Below are positions 35,676 through 49,106 of a DNA stretch of 64,000 bases, in pieces. Within the stretch, counting starts at the first letter, position 1. Each line of letters opens with the position of its first letter. The DNA lies in contig OX597814.1 of NCBI GenBank assembly GCA_951406725.2, positions 151,776,001-151,840,000 on the forward strand. Reading direction: 5' to 3'. Under the pieces are notes generated by a model, which was given only the letters and a program-made list of their open reading frames with translations, did not search any database and was not told the DNA's origin. A program made the position numbers and the translations under genes. This DNA is from Octopus vulgaris. Taxonomy: Eukaryota.

Positions 35676-35863
35676 ATATCTGTAATGAAGCTTCTATAAT
35701 AAAAGCTAAAGAAGCAGTTGAAAATGAAGTAGAAGACAATGGGTTAAACTTATTGATTAACAATGCTGGTTTGAAATTGAGTGTTACTTTTGAAAAACTC
35801 AACTTTGATTCTATGATGGAAGCCTTCAAAACCAATGCTGTTGCTCCAAGTGTTTTGACTAGG
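35676..35863 (+). CDS. SDR exon 3
   Basis: tttcag|(D)ICNEASII...GLNLLINNAG...FKTNAVAPSVLTR|gtaagt; NNAG motif; 188 nt. Confidence 0.93.
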
Positions 35864-36207
35864 GTAAGTTGATTTTTTGTTCCCTTCTTTTATCTTTTAT
35901 TTGCTTCTGTCTTTAGACTGTGGCCATACTGCGGCACTGCCTTGAAGAATTTTTGGTCGAATGAGTCAACCCCAGTACTTATTTTTCTTTTGTTTTTTAA
36001 GCCTGGTACTTATTTTATTGATCTCTTTTGCCAAACCCTTAAGTTACAGGGATGTAAACACACCAACTGGTGGTGCCATTAGCTCTCTGGGCAAAATGCT
36101 TAGTAGTGTTTCATTACATTCTGAGTTCAAATTCCACCAAGGTTGACTTTGCCTTTCATCCTTTTGAGGTCAGTAAAACAAGTACCAGTTGAGCACTGGA
36201 GTTGATA

Positions 36208-36590
36208 TCTCTTTTACTCTCTTTTACTTATTTCAGTCATTTGATTGTGGCCATGCTGGAGCACCGCCTTTAGTCGAGCAGATCGACTCCAGGACTTATT
36301 CTTTGTAAGCCCAGTACTTATTCTATTGGTCTCTTTTGCCAAACCACTAAGTTATGGGGACGTAACCACACCAGCATTGGTTGTCAAGTGATGTTGGGGG
36401 GACAAACACAAACATATACATATATACGACGGGCTTCTTTCAGTTTCCGTATACCAAATCCACTCACAAGGCATTGGTCGGCCCGGGTCTATAGCAAAAG
36501 ACACTTGCCCAAGATGCCACGCAGTAGGACTGAACCCGGAACCATGTGGTTGGTAAGCAAGCTACTTACCACACAGCCACTCCTGCGCCT
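36208..36590 (-). mobile_element. tRNA-derived SINE, family B (nested in a family A copy)
   Basis: Minus head ggcgcaggagtggctgtgtggtaag...ggttcagtcc and tail gtaaaaga repeats; related copies at ~40925-41165(-), 42065-42480(-), 45815-46215(+), 49692-50245(-). Confidence 0.85.
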
Positions 36591-37023
36591 GATATAATCA
36601 ACTTATACCAACACCTACCCCCACGCTTGCTGGCCTTGTGCCAAAATTTGAAACCAATATTTTTGAGGAGGGTATGAGCTGTTTTGGCGCAACCATTTTG
36701 ATGCTGCCTATTTGGCATCACTGATTTGATGCTGACTTTATTTATCTTCAGACATTTTAAAGTTTTTCTTGTTTCTTTTTCCCTTTGCCTCTGTTTATCT
36801 ATTTGCCTCAATGTACTCCATCTGATGCATGCAAGCTTGAACATTTAGATGTTAAATGATGATGATTATTTCGGTCTTATTTTCTATCAACAGCAAATAT
36901 AATAGAGAGAACAATATCATTTGATGTTGTTTTCTCTGTTTCCTGATTTGTATTTTTTTTAATTTCTCAGTAAATAAAATGTACAAATTTTCCTTTACTG
37001 AAATTTTTTTTTTATATCTTCAG

Positions 37024-37179
37024 ATATTTTTCCCTTTACTGAAGGCAGCAGCTGCAAAGGAGAACCCTTCTACAAATTTGTCTTGTAATCGTGCTGCAGT
37101 TGTGAATATCAGTAGCATATTAGGATCTGTTACTGCTACTCGAGAAAAAGCATTTTTCTATGAATATTCTTCTTCAAAG
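37024..37179 (+). CDS. SDR exon 4
   Basis: cttcag|IFFPLLKAAA...AAVVNISSILGS...YSSSK|gtaagt; catalytic Ser and YxxxK. Confidence 0.93.
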
Positions 37180-38169
37180 GTAAGTGTTAAAATTTCTTGC
37201 ATTTTTCAACTGTCATCTATTCTTCCTTCTATGAGAATACAAGAAGAAGCTGCATTTCTAATTTATGCCGGGATATAAAAACCATTCATCATCATCATCA
37301 TCGTTTAGCATCAGCTTTCCATGCTAGCATGGGCTGGACGATTTTAACTGAGGGCTGGCGAACCAGATGGCTGCACCAGGCTCCAATCTTGATTTGGCAG
37401 AGTTTCTACAGCTGGATGCCCTTCCTAACGCCAACCACTCTGAGAGTATAGTGGGTGCTTTTTACGTGCCACCGGCACAGGGGCCAGTCAGGCGGTACTG
37501 GCAACGACCTCGCTCAAATCTTTTTACACATGCCACCAGCATAGGTGCCAGTAAGGCGATGTTGGTAACGATCACGCTCAAATGGTGCCCTTTTACGTGC
37601 CACCTGCATGGAAGCCAGTTGGCTGCTCTGGCGACGATCACGCTCAGATGGTGCTCTTGGCACAAAAATCAACAAAACTGAAGATCAAATAAATGACCCT
37701 AAATTTTAGTTCAGTCAAATCACATAAGAGATGAGTTGTTAAAGCGTCAAATAAAATGCCTTGTGGTATTTGTTCTGACATTTGGTACACTGAGTTCGGA
37801 TCCCACCAAGATTAGCTTTGCCTTTCATCCTTTTGAGGGAAAATAAAAAAAAGTACCAATCTATGGAATTGGATTGATGGAACTGTAAGAATGTTGTAAG
37901 GGATGCCTCATATTTTTTCTTACTCCCTTGTCATGGCTTATTTAGGTGTAGACTTAATCTATGTTACCTAGTTTAATACCCATAACTGATACTTGGGTGA
38001 CTTTAGTAGAATCCACTATGTTGCAAGCATTTGGGTCATTTCTCTGGTTTTACAGTACCTTTCTCCCTACTTCTCACCTGTCATTGAGTATTTGCTTGTT
38101 TAGCCCTTGCATCAATTCTGACTGAGCTTGTAGAGATGTTTGTCACACCTTATTTCTTATGTGCTTTGC

Positions 38170-39635
38170 ATATATCCAAGTACATTACGCTTGAGCAAAA
38201 AAAACAGAATGTGAACCAAGGTCTTAGCAAAAACTAAAGTCTTAGTAAGTAGGAAGGCTGTCAAATCACAATCCCCTTCAAGATGGCCCTGCTTGATATG
38301 TAGAAAAGGAATGGGCAGAAACTCCATACGATGTACTCGGTATAAGCTATGGATACATAAAAGGTGCAGCAATATCAAAGGAAGGTTAACTGGGAAAATA
38401 GTTTTTGTGTGTGGCAGATGCACAGGGGCAATAAATACTGAAGATGTACAGAAAACAGATTCCATCACAAGCCAGAGGGAGAAACTAGAAGTAGTTAATT
38501 GCTTCTGCTATCTAGGCGACCAAGTCTGTAGTGGGGGTGGATGCTCTGAGAGTGTAGCAGCTAGAATAAGAATAGCCTGGGCAAAGTTCAGGGAGCTCCT
38601 ACCTCTGCTGACAACTAAGGGCCTCTCACTCAGGATGAAAGGTAGACTGTATGATGCATGTGTGCAAACTGCCATGCTATGCGGCAGTGAAACATGGCCA
38701 TGACTGCTGAGGCAATACATAGACTTGAAAGAAATGAAGCTAGTATGATCCGCTGGATGTGTAATGTCAGTGTGCATACAAAACAGAGTGTAAGCGCCAT
38801 GAGAGAAAAGTTGGGCATAAGAAGCATCAGATGCGGTGTACAAGAGACACAACTGTGCTGGTATGGTCATGTGTTACGTATGGATGAGGACAGCTATGTG
38901 AGGAAGTGCCACTCCCTAACTGTGGAAGAGGTAGACCCAGGAAAGCATGGGGTAAGGTTGTGAAGCACGACCCTCGAACATTGAGCATCACAGAGGCAAT
39001 GACAGGAGGCCGAGACATTTGGAAATATGCTGTGCTTGAGAAGACTCAGCAACTAAAGTGAAATGGCAGCCACGCTTGTCTGGCCCAGTTAAGAGTACCC
39101 ATGATGTGTCAGGCAATATGATATGCTTGGGAAGAGCTGTTGAGTCAAGTAAAACCAATATCGTAGCTGTGGCCAGTGCCCCCTGACAGGCTCCCGTGCT
39201 AGTGGCACATAAAAAGCACCATCCAAACATGGTCGATGCCAAGTCTGCCTAACTGGCTCCTGTGCCGGTGGCACTTAAAAAACACCATCTTAATGTGGTT
39301 GATGCCAGTACTCCCTGACTGACTCTTGTGCTGGTGGCACATAGAAAGCACCATCTGAATTTGGCTGATGTCAGTACCCTCTGACTGGCCCCCATGCTGG
39401 TGGCACGTAAAAAGCACTATCTGAATGTGATCAATGCCAGGCCCACCTTACTGGCTCCTCTGCCGGTGGCACGTAAAAAACACCCACTACACTCTCAGAG
39501 TGGTTGGCGTTAGGATGTGCATCCAGCTGTAGAAACATTGCCAGATCAGATTGGAGCTGCCGCTGGCTTTCCAGACCTTAGTCAAACCATCCACTCCATA
39601 CCAGCATGGAAAACGGATGTTAAACAATGATGACA
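38170..39635 (+). mobile_element. RTE-type LINE 3' portion with Cys/His-rich insert and long tandem-repeat 3' UTR ending (GAT)n
   Basis: N..KTKVL, WPCLICRKGMGRNSIRC..KLWIHKRCS..FVCGRC, LEVVNCFCYLGD, ARIRIAWAKFREL, GSETW, WYGHV. 3' UTR-only copies at ~34855-35010, 37285-37660(-), 41377-41515, 46400-46790, 56335-56495(-), 58605-59095, 63160-63450; degenerate coding copy at ~57540-58390(-). Confidence 0.85.
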
Positions 39636-40263
39636 GCGGTGGTGGCGACGATGACAGATGAAACTCCTGTCTCCTTGAACACCATGAATAACTTTTTTGT
39701 GCAGATACTTTGTGATATGCTTATAGTGAAATCCTTTTAGGCTGAATTCCAAACAATAGCCTTTTGTAGATAAGGTGGTAGGATGTCTAACTCATTGACC
39801 ATCATGCATTCTTCGTCATAACCACTTCCCACTTGATTTTCTACTCCACCTACAAAACTTTAACTATTCAAATTTAATATTAATCATATATATATTACGC
39901 CTATGTTCAGACTTTGGAATGCATAAAATGGCTAGGAGCATTATACTTCCTTTACAGTCTATTTAATAAAAATAAGCCAGTAAAGGAGCCTTTACAAAGC
40001 TGCTTGATCTGTTTGGAATAATATTTAAATCTCCCTCAAATTAGATTTACCATCTTGAACAGATAAGGATACATTACAGCCAAAAGGATAGGATGGTCAT
40101 AGCTGATCATAAGTCTACTCTGTCAGGGCTGACCTAGGGTTAAATGACGTCAACAGCCTTGTAAAAAATATAAAGAAGTATCAAAAAAACTATGTTTAAA
40201 ATAAACAAAACAAAAGAATAGACATTGTTTTCAAAACATCACTTTTATTTTTATTTGTTTCAG

Positions 40264-40485
40264 GCTGCTTTAAATATGATTACCAAGGATTTTGGAATCC
40301 ACTTAAAACCTCACAATGTGCTTGCTGTGGCTCTTCACCCAGGATGGGTACAAACTGATATGGGAGGTAAAACTGCTGCTTTGACCCCAGAATCAAGTGT
40401 GAAACAATCACTGAATACTCTGTCAACATTAAATGAGAGCAATGCTGGTTTTCTTATTGACTACCAAGGATCTGTCATTCCTTAG
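40264..40485 (+). CDS. SDR exon 5 (last)
   Basis: tttcag|AALNMITK...ALHPGWVQTDMGG...VIP*. Exons sum to 756 nt = 251 aa + stop; AATAAA at 40875-40880. Confidence 0.93.
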   Translation, partial: AALNMITKDFGIHLKPHNVLAVALHPGWVQTDMGGKTAALTPESSVKQSLNTLSTLNESNAGFLIDYQGSVIP

Positions 40486-43404
40486 TAAGGTTTGAATAGA
40501 ACTGCACAGAATAGGAGAGGGCAATAATTTTCATTAACAGGTTAGATTTGCATGTTTGGAAAATCTAATCTTATGTAGCCAATTTTTATAAAATATTTTT
40601 GATTTTGGCAGGTATTATCAATTTCAACTTTTTTTATAATCATGTAATTGTTAAAAGTAACTCTGATTTATAAACTTTAGAGAATATTTTCCCACATTCT
40701 ACACGGCATATATGTTGGACCAAATAGACACTATGTTAAAATGTTTTTGGGGTCCACATTATGTAAAATTGTAGCTATGGATTCAACCAATTTTTTGTAT
40801 GTTTTTATAAAATTTTATAATTTTATCTCATTCTAATATGACATATAGATGAGTTCAATATGAATTAGAATTCTAATAAAATGTGTTACACACAACAGAT
40901 GCAGAATTAGATTAAAATAGCCATTTGTTTATCTTTTACTTGTTTCAATCATTAGATTGTGGCCATGAAGAATTTTTAGTTGAATGTATCAACCCCAGTA
41001 CTTACTGTTTATAAGCCTGGTACTTTTTCTATCAGTCTCTTTTGCCGAACCACTAAGTTACAGAGACATAAACACACCAGCACTGGTTGTCAAGCAGTGG
41101 TGGTCGGGACTGAAATATGAAACTATGTGATTTAGAAGCAAGCTTCTTACCATACAGCCATGCTAAAAAGCAAGTTTATTGCAGTATTCTCCAGGGGATA
41201 ATATCTCTTATGAACGTGCTGTGTTTAAAAACACAAAATACACCAATATATTTTGTGTTTGTAAATACAGCACAAGCATAAGAGATATTGTTTCCAGATG
41301 AATACCATGACAAATTCCGTTTTACACAAGGTATTTACATTAAGTATAATGGCTATTCTAATAAAATGATATATTTTGGTGTTAGGAAGGGCATCCAGCT
41401 GTAGAAACTCTGCCAGATCAGATTGGAGCCTGGTGCAGCCTTCTGGCTTCCCAGACCCCAGTCAAACCGTCCAACCCATGCTAGCATGGAAAGCAGACGT
41501 TAAATGATGATGATGAACAAGAAAGGCAGAGAGAGAGAGAATTACAAATAATTACAAACTTCAGTATGACTGGATTGCTATTTGGATATTTAACGAGATA
41601 AGATCATCAAAATCAGGGATAAGATCAGAAGCAGCAAAGGTCAACACAACAAACAGATGCTTATCAGTCATCATACTTCTTAGCCTTGACTTGTTACACG
41701 ATTGACAGTGTTTGCTCACAAATGTAAGCTGAACTTAAGAAAACAAGATATTTTTTTAGCAAACTCCTTTAGGTTTTAAAATATTTTTCATCACTAAGAG
41801 AAGCATAAAATTTCAAAATCAGAATTGACCTTAAAAAATCAAAAAGCTGCATATCAGTCTGAAGATCATTGTGATCAAATTGATACTTATCTGGAGCTTC
41901 ACTGAAAACAAATGCAAAATAGAAATTATATTAAAAATAATTCACTTTTTATCATTTTGGAAAAATTGAATTTACTAGAAAATTTGGCACGAAGATTTAT
42001 TAATTGGGAATTGTAATTGTTAAGCTTTTTATTACAAGCTAAACTTTGATGTAAAGTTTTATTTTTTTTACTTGTTTCAGTCATTAGACTGTGGCCATGC
42101 TGGGGCACCACCTTGAAGAGATTTTAGTTGAATGAATTGACTCTACTACTTTTTTTTAAGCCTGATACTTATTCTATCAATCTCTCTGACCAAACTGCTA
42201 AGTTACGGGTACATAAACACACCAACACCGGTTGTCAAGCAGTGGTGGGGAACAAACACAGACTCAAAGACACACACCCACTGATATATATATATATATA
42301 TTATATATTTATACATATACACAATAGGCTTCTTTCAGTTTCTCCCTACCAAATCCACTCATAAGGCTTTGGTCAGCCTGAGACTATTATAGAAGGCACT
42401 TGTCCAAGGTGCCACAGAGTGGGACTGAACCTGGAACCATGTAGTTGGGAAGCAAGCTTCTTACTACACAGTCACACCTGTATTAGAAAAACAATAGTTG
42501 TGTGTCCATAAATACCTTCATATCATATGCAAAGTGTCTTTTACTTTACAAGTTTTTATTAAGTCCATTCAAATACAGCAAATGTAAAATTTGATATCCA
42601 ATTTTTATCATATAGCTGCAATAAGTCAGATGATTTTTATTTCATTTCTAAAAATAGTTTAATGTCATTTTTCAAATTCCGTCCAATGTTGTAAATTCAT
42701 CTTCAACTTAACCTGTGTCATTTGTGTGGTGTAGAGCCGAAAACATCCATGTATTCTGCTTGCTGTTCTTGCAAAAAAATTCACAAACTGCCAGTAATTT
42801 AAAACTTGCTTTCTAATATGATTCACAATATATTTTACCATGTCTACATAAAGCTTTAAATTTTTTTCACATTGGGATTCTTGATGTTTAAATGTAATAC
42901 TAGAGAATTATTTTATGTTCAGCACTCAATTCATTACCCTTATCTTGGATTCTTTACAATAGCCCTTTATATTTTCTGGTAAGTCTTGGGAGTGGGTGGG
43001 TGGCCTATCTGTTACATTTATCAGTTTTTACCATTTTAAGCCCAACTTTTTTACTTACTGTTCAACTCCTCCAAGAAAATCTCTTTTTATTGTGCCTTAC
43101 TTTGTTTGTTTTGCTGCTATCTTTTCCATCTGTTCATAAAACGTTCATTATGCCACAAATGAAATTATTATGCTGTATCTCTGACATCATAACTCTCATC
43201 ATGTTCCACTAAAATAAAAAAAAACAACAAAAATAAATTTTTGGATATTATTTTTTAACTGTGACTGAATGTTTCATGCAATATCTTCCTTCCATCTAAC
43301 AGTAATATGGTGAGATGAGCTTAAATTCTTATACTGGTCTATCTTTTCTGGGTTCATGACAGCTGCAGAATCAGTCATGCAATTTGTAATAAATTCTCCT
43401 TCTG

Positions 43405-43890
43405 GAAAAGATTTATTATGCCAGCCGGGCCTGTCCTGAACTTCAGTGTTCCAGGCTTTGGGATCGATTCCAGTCAGTTTTAGGCTTTGCTTCAGCTGGT
43501 TCTTGTATTGCTGGAGGGGACAGCCATGGAGTATTCCTCCAGTGGAAAGTTCACCATATAAAATTTGATGAGGCAGCCTGGTCTTTTTCATTCTTGCTAC
43601 ATGGCCAACTCATCTCAGACAATGTTTCAGGATGATGGCCTCAATGCTGCTGCTTTTTGTTCTCTCCAAAATAGAGACATCGGTCACATTGTCATTCCAT
43701 TTAATGTTCATAGTAGAGCGGAGCTTTTGTTGATGAAATCGCTCTAGTTAAAGAGTCCAGATTTCACAACCGTAGAGGAGAGTGGAGATCACAATCGCTT
43801 GATAGACACTCAGTTTTATTAGGTGGTGTACATCTCTATTCTTAAAGACCCTTTTCACGAGTCCACCAAACATGGTATGAACTGCTCAGT
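43405..43890 (-). mobile_element. RTE LINE 3' fragment inserted in the hAT
   Basis: RLPHQILYGELSTG...QYKNQLKQSLKLTGIDPKAW...DRPGW. Confidence 0.75.
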
Positions 43891-44400
43891 GTTCCCAAAT
43901 AGGCCTGCCTAATTGCAGATGTAAAGACTGAGTCCCTGGGTTGTCACCAGGTCCCAAGAAGGCGAACATCTTGCATCTGCCACCAACATGCAGGTCTGGA
44001 CTAAGAACTTCTAGTTTCACCAAACCTGCTCTCATCATTCTTACCCCATCACCATTGGGATTATATAGGGGGAAAAAATAAATAAAAAGGGAAAGAAAAT
44101 GTTGGATCAAAAAGAAACTAGCCAATGGTGTGGGTTTGTGTAGGATGGAGATCTTGCCCAGGAGATCTCCATGCACTATGGCCCAAAATCCATCTGCCGT
44201 GGCACTATCTAAATTGAAATGCGAGGCCTAGAAGACAGGTTGCAATCGAATGCCGCTAGCTCCAATGTCATTAAAGTTGTGTCTTTCTAGCCAGTCCATC
44301 TGATATTGGCCCCTTCTGCTAAGATCAGTTGTTGAGATTAGAGATGTAGCTTCCTCTGCTTGATTCACCATTGGGGTCTTTGTTTGGTGTGGTAAGGGAC

Positions 44401-44787
44401 AAGGACAGTGTTCCTGTGCCCTTGTTTGTACCGACCTTGTTTTTTAGTTCTGATGGGTGTCCTCACACCCTCCTCCAAGATCCAGCAAGCTGAACCAAGA
44501 AAGGAGCCAGTTTAGCCACAGACAACCTGACCATGACTGAGAGAAGTGGGAGTACATGGTTACCTGTTGTCTCTAAGAAGAGACATCAGCACCAAGGATA
44601 GTGCTCCTGTGCCCTTGTATAAACAGATTTTGTTTTTAGTTCTGATGGGTGCCCTCACACCCTCCTCCAAAATCCAGCAAGCTGAACTGAGAGGGGAGCC
44701 AGTTTAGTTGCCAATGACCCAACCATGACTCAAAGGAGTGGGAGTACATTGTTACCTGTTGTCTCCTAGAAGAGCCCTCAGCACCAA
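44401..44787. repeat. Diverged tandem duplication (~192-bp unit)
   Basis: 44401-44592 and 44593-44787 share aaggaYagtgYtcctgtgcccttgt...tagttctgatgggtg...gtgggagtacat...tcagcacc. Confidence 0.8.
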
Positions 44788-47063
44788 GCAGCCTAGATTA
44801 CCATTGACCTGTTCCACTCAGATGGTCCATCATTGTTGTTCCTTAGCCCCAGATCAGTTCTCTATTAACAAATCTATGGTCAAAGATATTCTAGCTGTGA
44901 CCATCTTGCCTTTTCATACATCAAGGACTACATTATACTTCGATTTGAAAGATTGTAATTTGTAGTATGAGAAAGTTTTGGTTGCTATTTCTGGTAGGTT
45001 GAATGATCACATGAAGATTCCCTTGTAGTTGAACATCTGGATATGATTCATAGAGCTTATGCTCCAGATAAACCATTCCTTCACCTGTTTCAGAACCAAC
45101 TCTTTTTTCATTCAGCTGGAGATTCGTTACAAAGTGTTTACAAATGTTTTCATTGCTATTTTTCATATTGAACATCTTTTTTCTCTTTAGTGAAGGGCTT
45201 TTAATGAAACCATCAAAATTCTTGCTTCAAAATGTCATTTAAACTTATCTAAATTTGTAAACTTTTTAAAATATTTTTTTAATCTACAAACTACCTTGAG
45301 TCATTTTTAATTATTAGTTGTTCTTTAACAATAAAACATTGAAAAGAACATTTTTTAGAAGGAGAATATCCTTTACGGTGAACTATTGAATGTCTCACTG
45401 TGCTATAGGTTCTCGTCTTACTTTGACACATCATCTAAACTTTTTAAAATTTGTAAGCTTTACAAAATATTTTTTACCAACCCACTATCTCAGGGAGTTT
45501 TTCTTTTATTTGTTGTTTGTTCCTTAATAAAACAATAAAAAAAATTTGTTGGTTTGTTTTTAATTATTCAGATGCAGGAGAACACTTTTTAATAATAACA
45601 ATTTATGTTAGAATGGCTATGCAAAGACATGGTATGTCTCTTGAACGACAGCTCTGTGGATGACATCCAGTTATTCAACTGACTACTTGTGTGTCATGTG
45701 TCTTCTCAGTCAGAATGTGCAAAGAGCAGTCTGCTTTCATAGCATGACCAATCTTCACTATCCTTGCTATTGCATGTTCATTCATCCCCATTTTCCTAAA
45801 TATATCTACAATATAGGCGTAGGAGTAGTCATGTGGTAAGTCGCTTGCTTACCAACCACATGGTTCCAGGTTCAGTCCCACTGCGTGGCACCTTGGGCAA
45901 GTGTATTCTACTATAGCCTTGTGAGTAGATTTGGCAGACAGAAACTGAAAGAAGCCCGTCGTATATATGTGTGTGTATATATATATGTATGTGTGTGTGT
46001 GTGTGTGTGTATGTGTGTGTCTGTGTTTGTCCCCCCAACATCGCTTGACAACCAATGCTGGTTTATGTCTCCGTAACTTAGCAGTTTGGCAAAAGGGACC
46101 GATAGAATAAGTACTAGGCTTACAAAGAATAAGTCTTCGGTGCAATTTGCTTGACTAAAGGCTGTGCTCCAGCATGGCCACAGTCAACTGACTGAAACAA
46201 GTAAAAGAGTAAAACATCCTGAAACTTGGGACAATGACAATCACCACATGCCACAAAAGTAAAACAACACTAAGCAAGGAAACAACAAAGAGAAACCTGT
46301 CATATACAACTGTGAAACAATTGTACATGACATTAACCAGACAACAAACTGTTAATTGCCCTCCAATGTTTTTAACAGCAACAACCCTCAGCACCTCATG
46401 TTTCATTAACCATTTTAAGTAACATATATCGGTGTCATACTACTGGCACAGGTGCTGTAGCATGTAAAAAGCATCTTTCGAGTGTTGGACCTCATAGAGG
46501 CAATGACTAAGACCTTTGGTAGTATGCTGTGTTTGAGTAGAAAACCCATCAAGCCAAGTGAAATCAAAGCTGCGACAGACACTGGTGTCACACTAATGGT
46601 ACACAAGCCGGTAGCATGTAAAAGCACCCATTACACTCTCAAAATGGTTAATAGTAGGAAGAGCATCTGGCTCTAGAAACCTTGCCAAGTCAGACTGGAG
46701 TCTGGTGCAGCCCCTCAGCTTGCCAGCCCTGGTCAAACTATCCAACCCATGCCAGCATGGACAACAAACATTAAATGATGATGATGATAATGAGCAAATG
46801 AATTTACCAAATGATTTAGCTAAAAAAAAAAAAAAAGAGAAAAGAAAAGAACTACTCTACTTCACTCACAAGGTAATGAGTCCACCTGAAGGTAACATCT
46901 GCCCAAAATGCCCTGCAAAGAAATTAAACCTCTGACTTCACAATTGCAAAGCAAACTCCTTCAAATTTTGATTCTGTTGCTCATACTGTGCATTTCTTAT
47001 ATACCACTGTATTAATTGTAAATTACAAAATAGCTATATTACTTCTATATCTCTCTATATAAA

Positions 47064-48001
47064 TCTATATATATATAAAATTCTTTGTCTGCTCCCTATG
47101 CATTCTCAAATGGCTCGACCAAATCAAATAAAATTTTACAAGGTAATAGCATTATACTCCATGAGTGTCAACATGTAATTTTTTTTCCATTTCAATTAAA
47201 ACAATATAACATTCTATAGAGATAATATTTCTAAAGTCAACTATACTATAGGACATTTACTACCACGATGACGTCACATTTTGTATGCGTATGTGTGTCT
47301 GTGAGTGTATGAGTGTGTATGTGTCTGTAAGTGTGTGTACGTGTTTCTGCATTAGATATGTTATTAAACACACACATATACATACGTGATGATTGACATG
47401 CATGAGTACATGTCTGTGTATATCTCTAAAATTCTTTGTCTCTCTGTCTGTCTGCTTGTTCCCTATACATTTCATAGGGATAATTTTTCTATAGTCAGCT
47501 ATAGTATAGAACATTCTATATGAATGTATATGTATCCGTATGTGTTTGTGCATTCAATATGTATGAGATTGTAAAGGACATTTCATACCACAATGACGAT
47601 GACATTTTGTATTCAAGTGTGTATGTGTGTGGGTGTATGAGTGTAAATGTCTGTGAGTGTGTGTATTTTCACGTTACGTATGTTATTAAACACACACACA
47701 TCTGCACATACATATGTGACGACTGACATGTGTGAACATATGATTGTGTGTGTCTCTCTTACTATATGTATGTGACTATGTGAGAGTGTATGTGTGGTAA
47801 TTTTTAATTTCATTTTGATTAAAACACACATCTACACATACTTATACAAATGTGACAACTGAAAAAAACAATGAGGTGAAAAGCTATGTATGTCTGCGTG
47901 TGTCTGTCTTACTATATGTACATGAGTGTTGCGACATTTTGTATATGAATATGTGTCTTTGAGTGTATGTGTGGTTCAGTTTATGTTTCTTATTCTACAG
48001 C

Positions 48002-48047
<46 letters not shown>

Positions 48048-48092
48048 AACTATGCCATTTTAATCCCGATCAACGCCAAGTATCTCTGCTAG
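47064..48092 (+). mobile_element. Non-autonomous Helitron with internal repeats
   Basis: A|TCTATATA start and ...ctgCTAG|T end; same family at 52186-52445(-) and 52552-52960(+). Confidence 0.75.
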
Positions 48093-48554
48093 TTAACTAT
48101 AAAATATTAATAACTACTATATACCACTCTCTATATTAACTATGAAATTAGCAGCATCTAGTATATAGACTTTTCCTGTCAACAATGCAAGGGAAATAGA
48201 TGTTGGATTCATAATACGTTTTAAAAATTTTAACGCGGAAAATCTGGAGTTAGCTCCCTTACAACCTACGCTGCTTTATGGATAGAATTAGTGTAAACGG
48301 GAGAGAACTAACAATAATTGTTTCAAATTTTAGCAAAAGGCCAATATTAGGTAATCGAGCTCATTTCTTGACTGGTACTATATTTTTTTTATCTGGGCGG
48401 GAGAAGAAATGTTGCTAAGTATTTCGTCGCATGAATTAACCATTTTGCAAACTTCAATAAACAATTTAATCAGAAGAACCATTGTAGGAGCCTCCACGTG
48501 ATCATTCTATCTGCAGGAAATAACAGCTAAAACTTCGTCAAATCACACGCTACC

Positions 48555-48785
48555 TATTTCTTTACTACCCACAAGGGGCTAAACACAGAGAGAACAAACA
48601 AGGACAGACAAACAGATTAAGTCGATTATATCGACCCCAGTACGTAACTGGTACTTATTTAATCGACCCCGAAAGGATGAAAGGCAAAGTCGACCTCGGC
48701 GGAATTTGAACTCAGAACGTAGCGGCAGACGAAATACCGTTAAGCATTTCGCACGGCGTGCTAACGATTCTGCCAACTCGCCGCC
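48555..48785 (-). mobile_element. SINE family A, young
   Basis: 15-bp TSD aaatcacacgctacc (48540-48554 / 48786-48800). Confidence 0.92.
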
Positions 48786-48875
48786 AAATCACACGCTACC
48801 GTCTCACGGATGATGAAGTAACAGATGTGAAGTTGGTTCTAAATCGTCCCTTATCCCTAAAAGGTGTTATATATC

Positions 48876-49106
48876 TATTTCTTTACTACCCACAAGGGGC
48901 TAAACACAGAGGGGACAAAGAAGGACAGACAAACGGATTAAGTCGATTACATCGACCCAGTGCGTAACTGGTTCTTAATTCATCGACCCCCGAAAGGATG
49001 AAAGGCAAAGTCGACCTCGGCGAAATTCGAACTCAGAACGTAACAGCAGACGAAATACCACTAAGCATCTCACCCGGCGTGCTAACGATTCTGCCAGCTC
49101 GCCGCC
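48876..49106 (-). mobile_element. SINE family A, young
   Basis: 12-bp TSD aggtgttatata (48862-48873 / 49107-49118). Confidence 0.92.

Larger units (their letters stand above)
41570..45300 (-). mobile_element. Degenerate hAT (SPIN/GTF2IRD2-like) transposon fragmented by SINE and RTE insertions
   Basis: GEFITNCMTDSAAVMNPEKIDQYKNLSSSHHITVRWKEDIA (~43400-43275); C-terminal SSAYICEQ..S...RSMMTDKHL...PDFDDLI (~41740-41600). Confidence 0.7.

Noticed and set aside
39150-39490. Regularly spaced ~60-bp repeats resembling a CRISPR array (also 58605-58940)
   Set aside because: Eukaryotic context, inter-repeat segments resemble each other, no cas genes; part of the RTE 3' UTR.
43274-43591. 105-aa ORF joining RTE and hAT sequence
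   Set aside because: Chance in-frame junction of an RTE 3' end inserted into a dead hAT transposase.
46870-47008. Longer minus exon with in-frame TGA as possible selenocysteine
   Set aside because: No redox motif or recognisable SECIS; a nearer strong acceptor at 46913 avoids the TGA.
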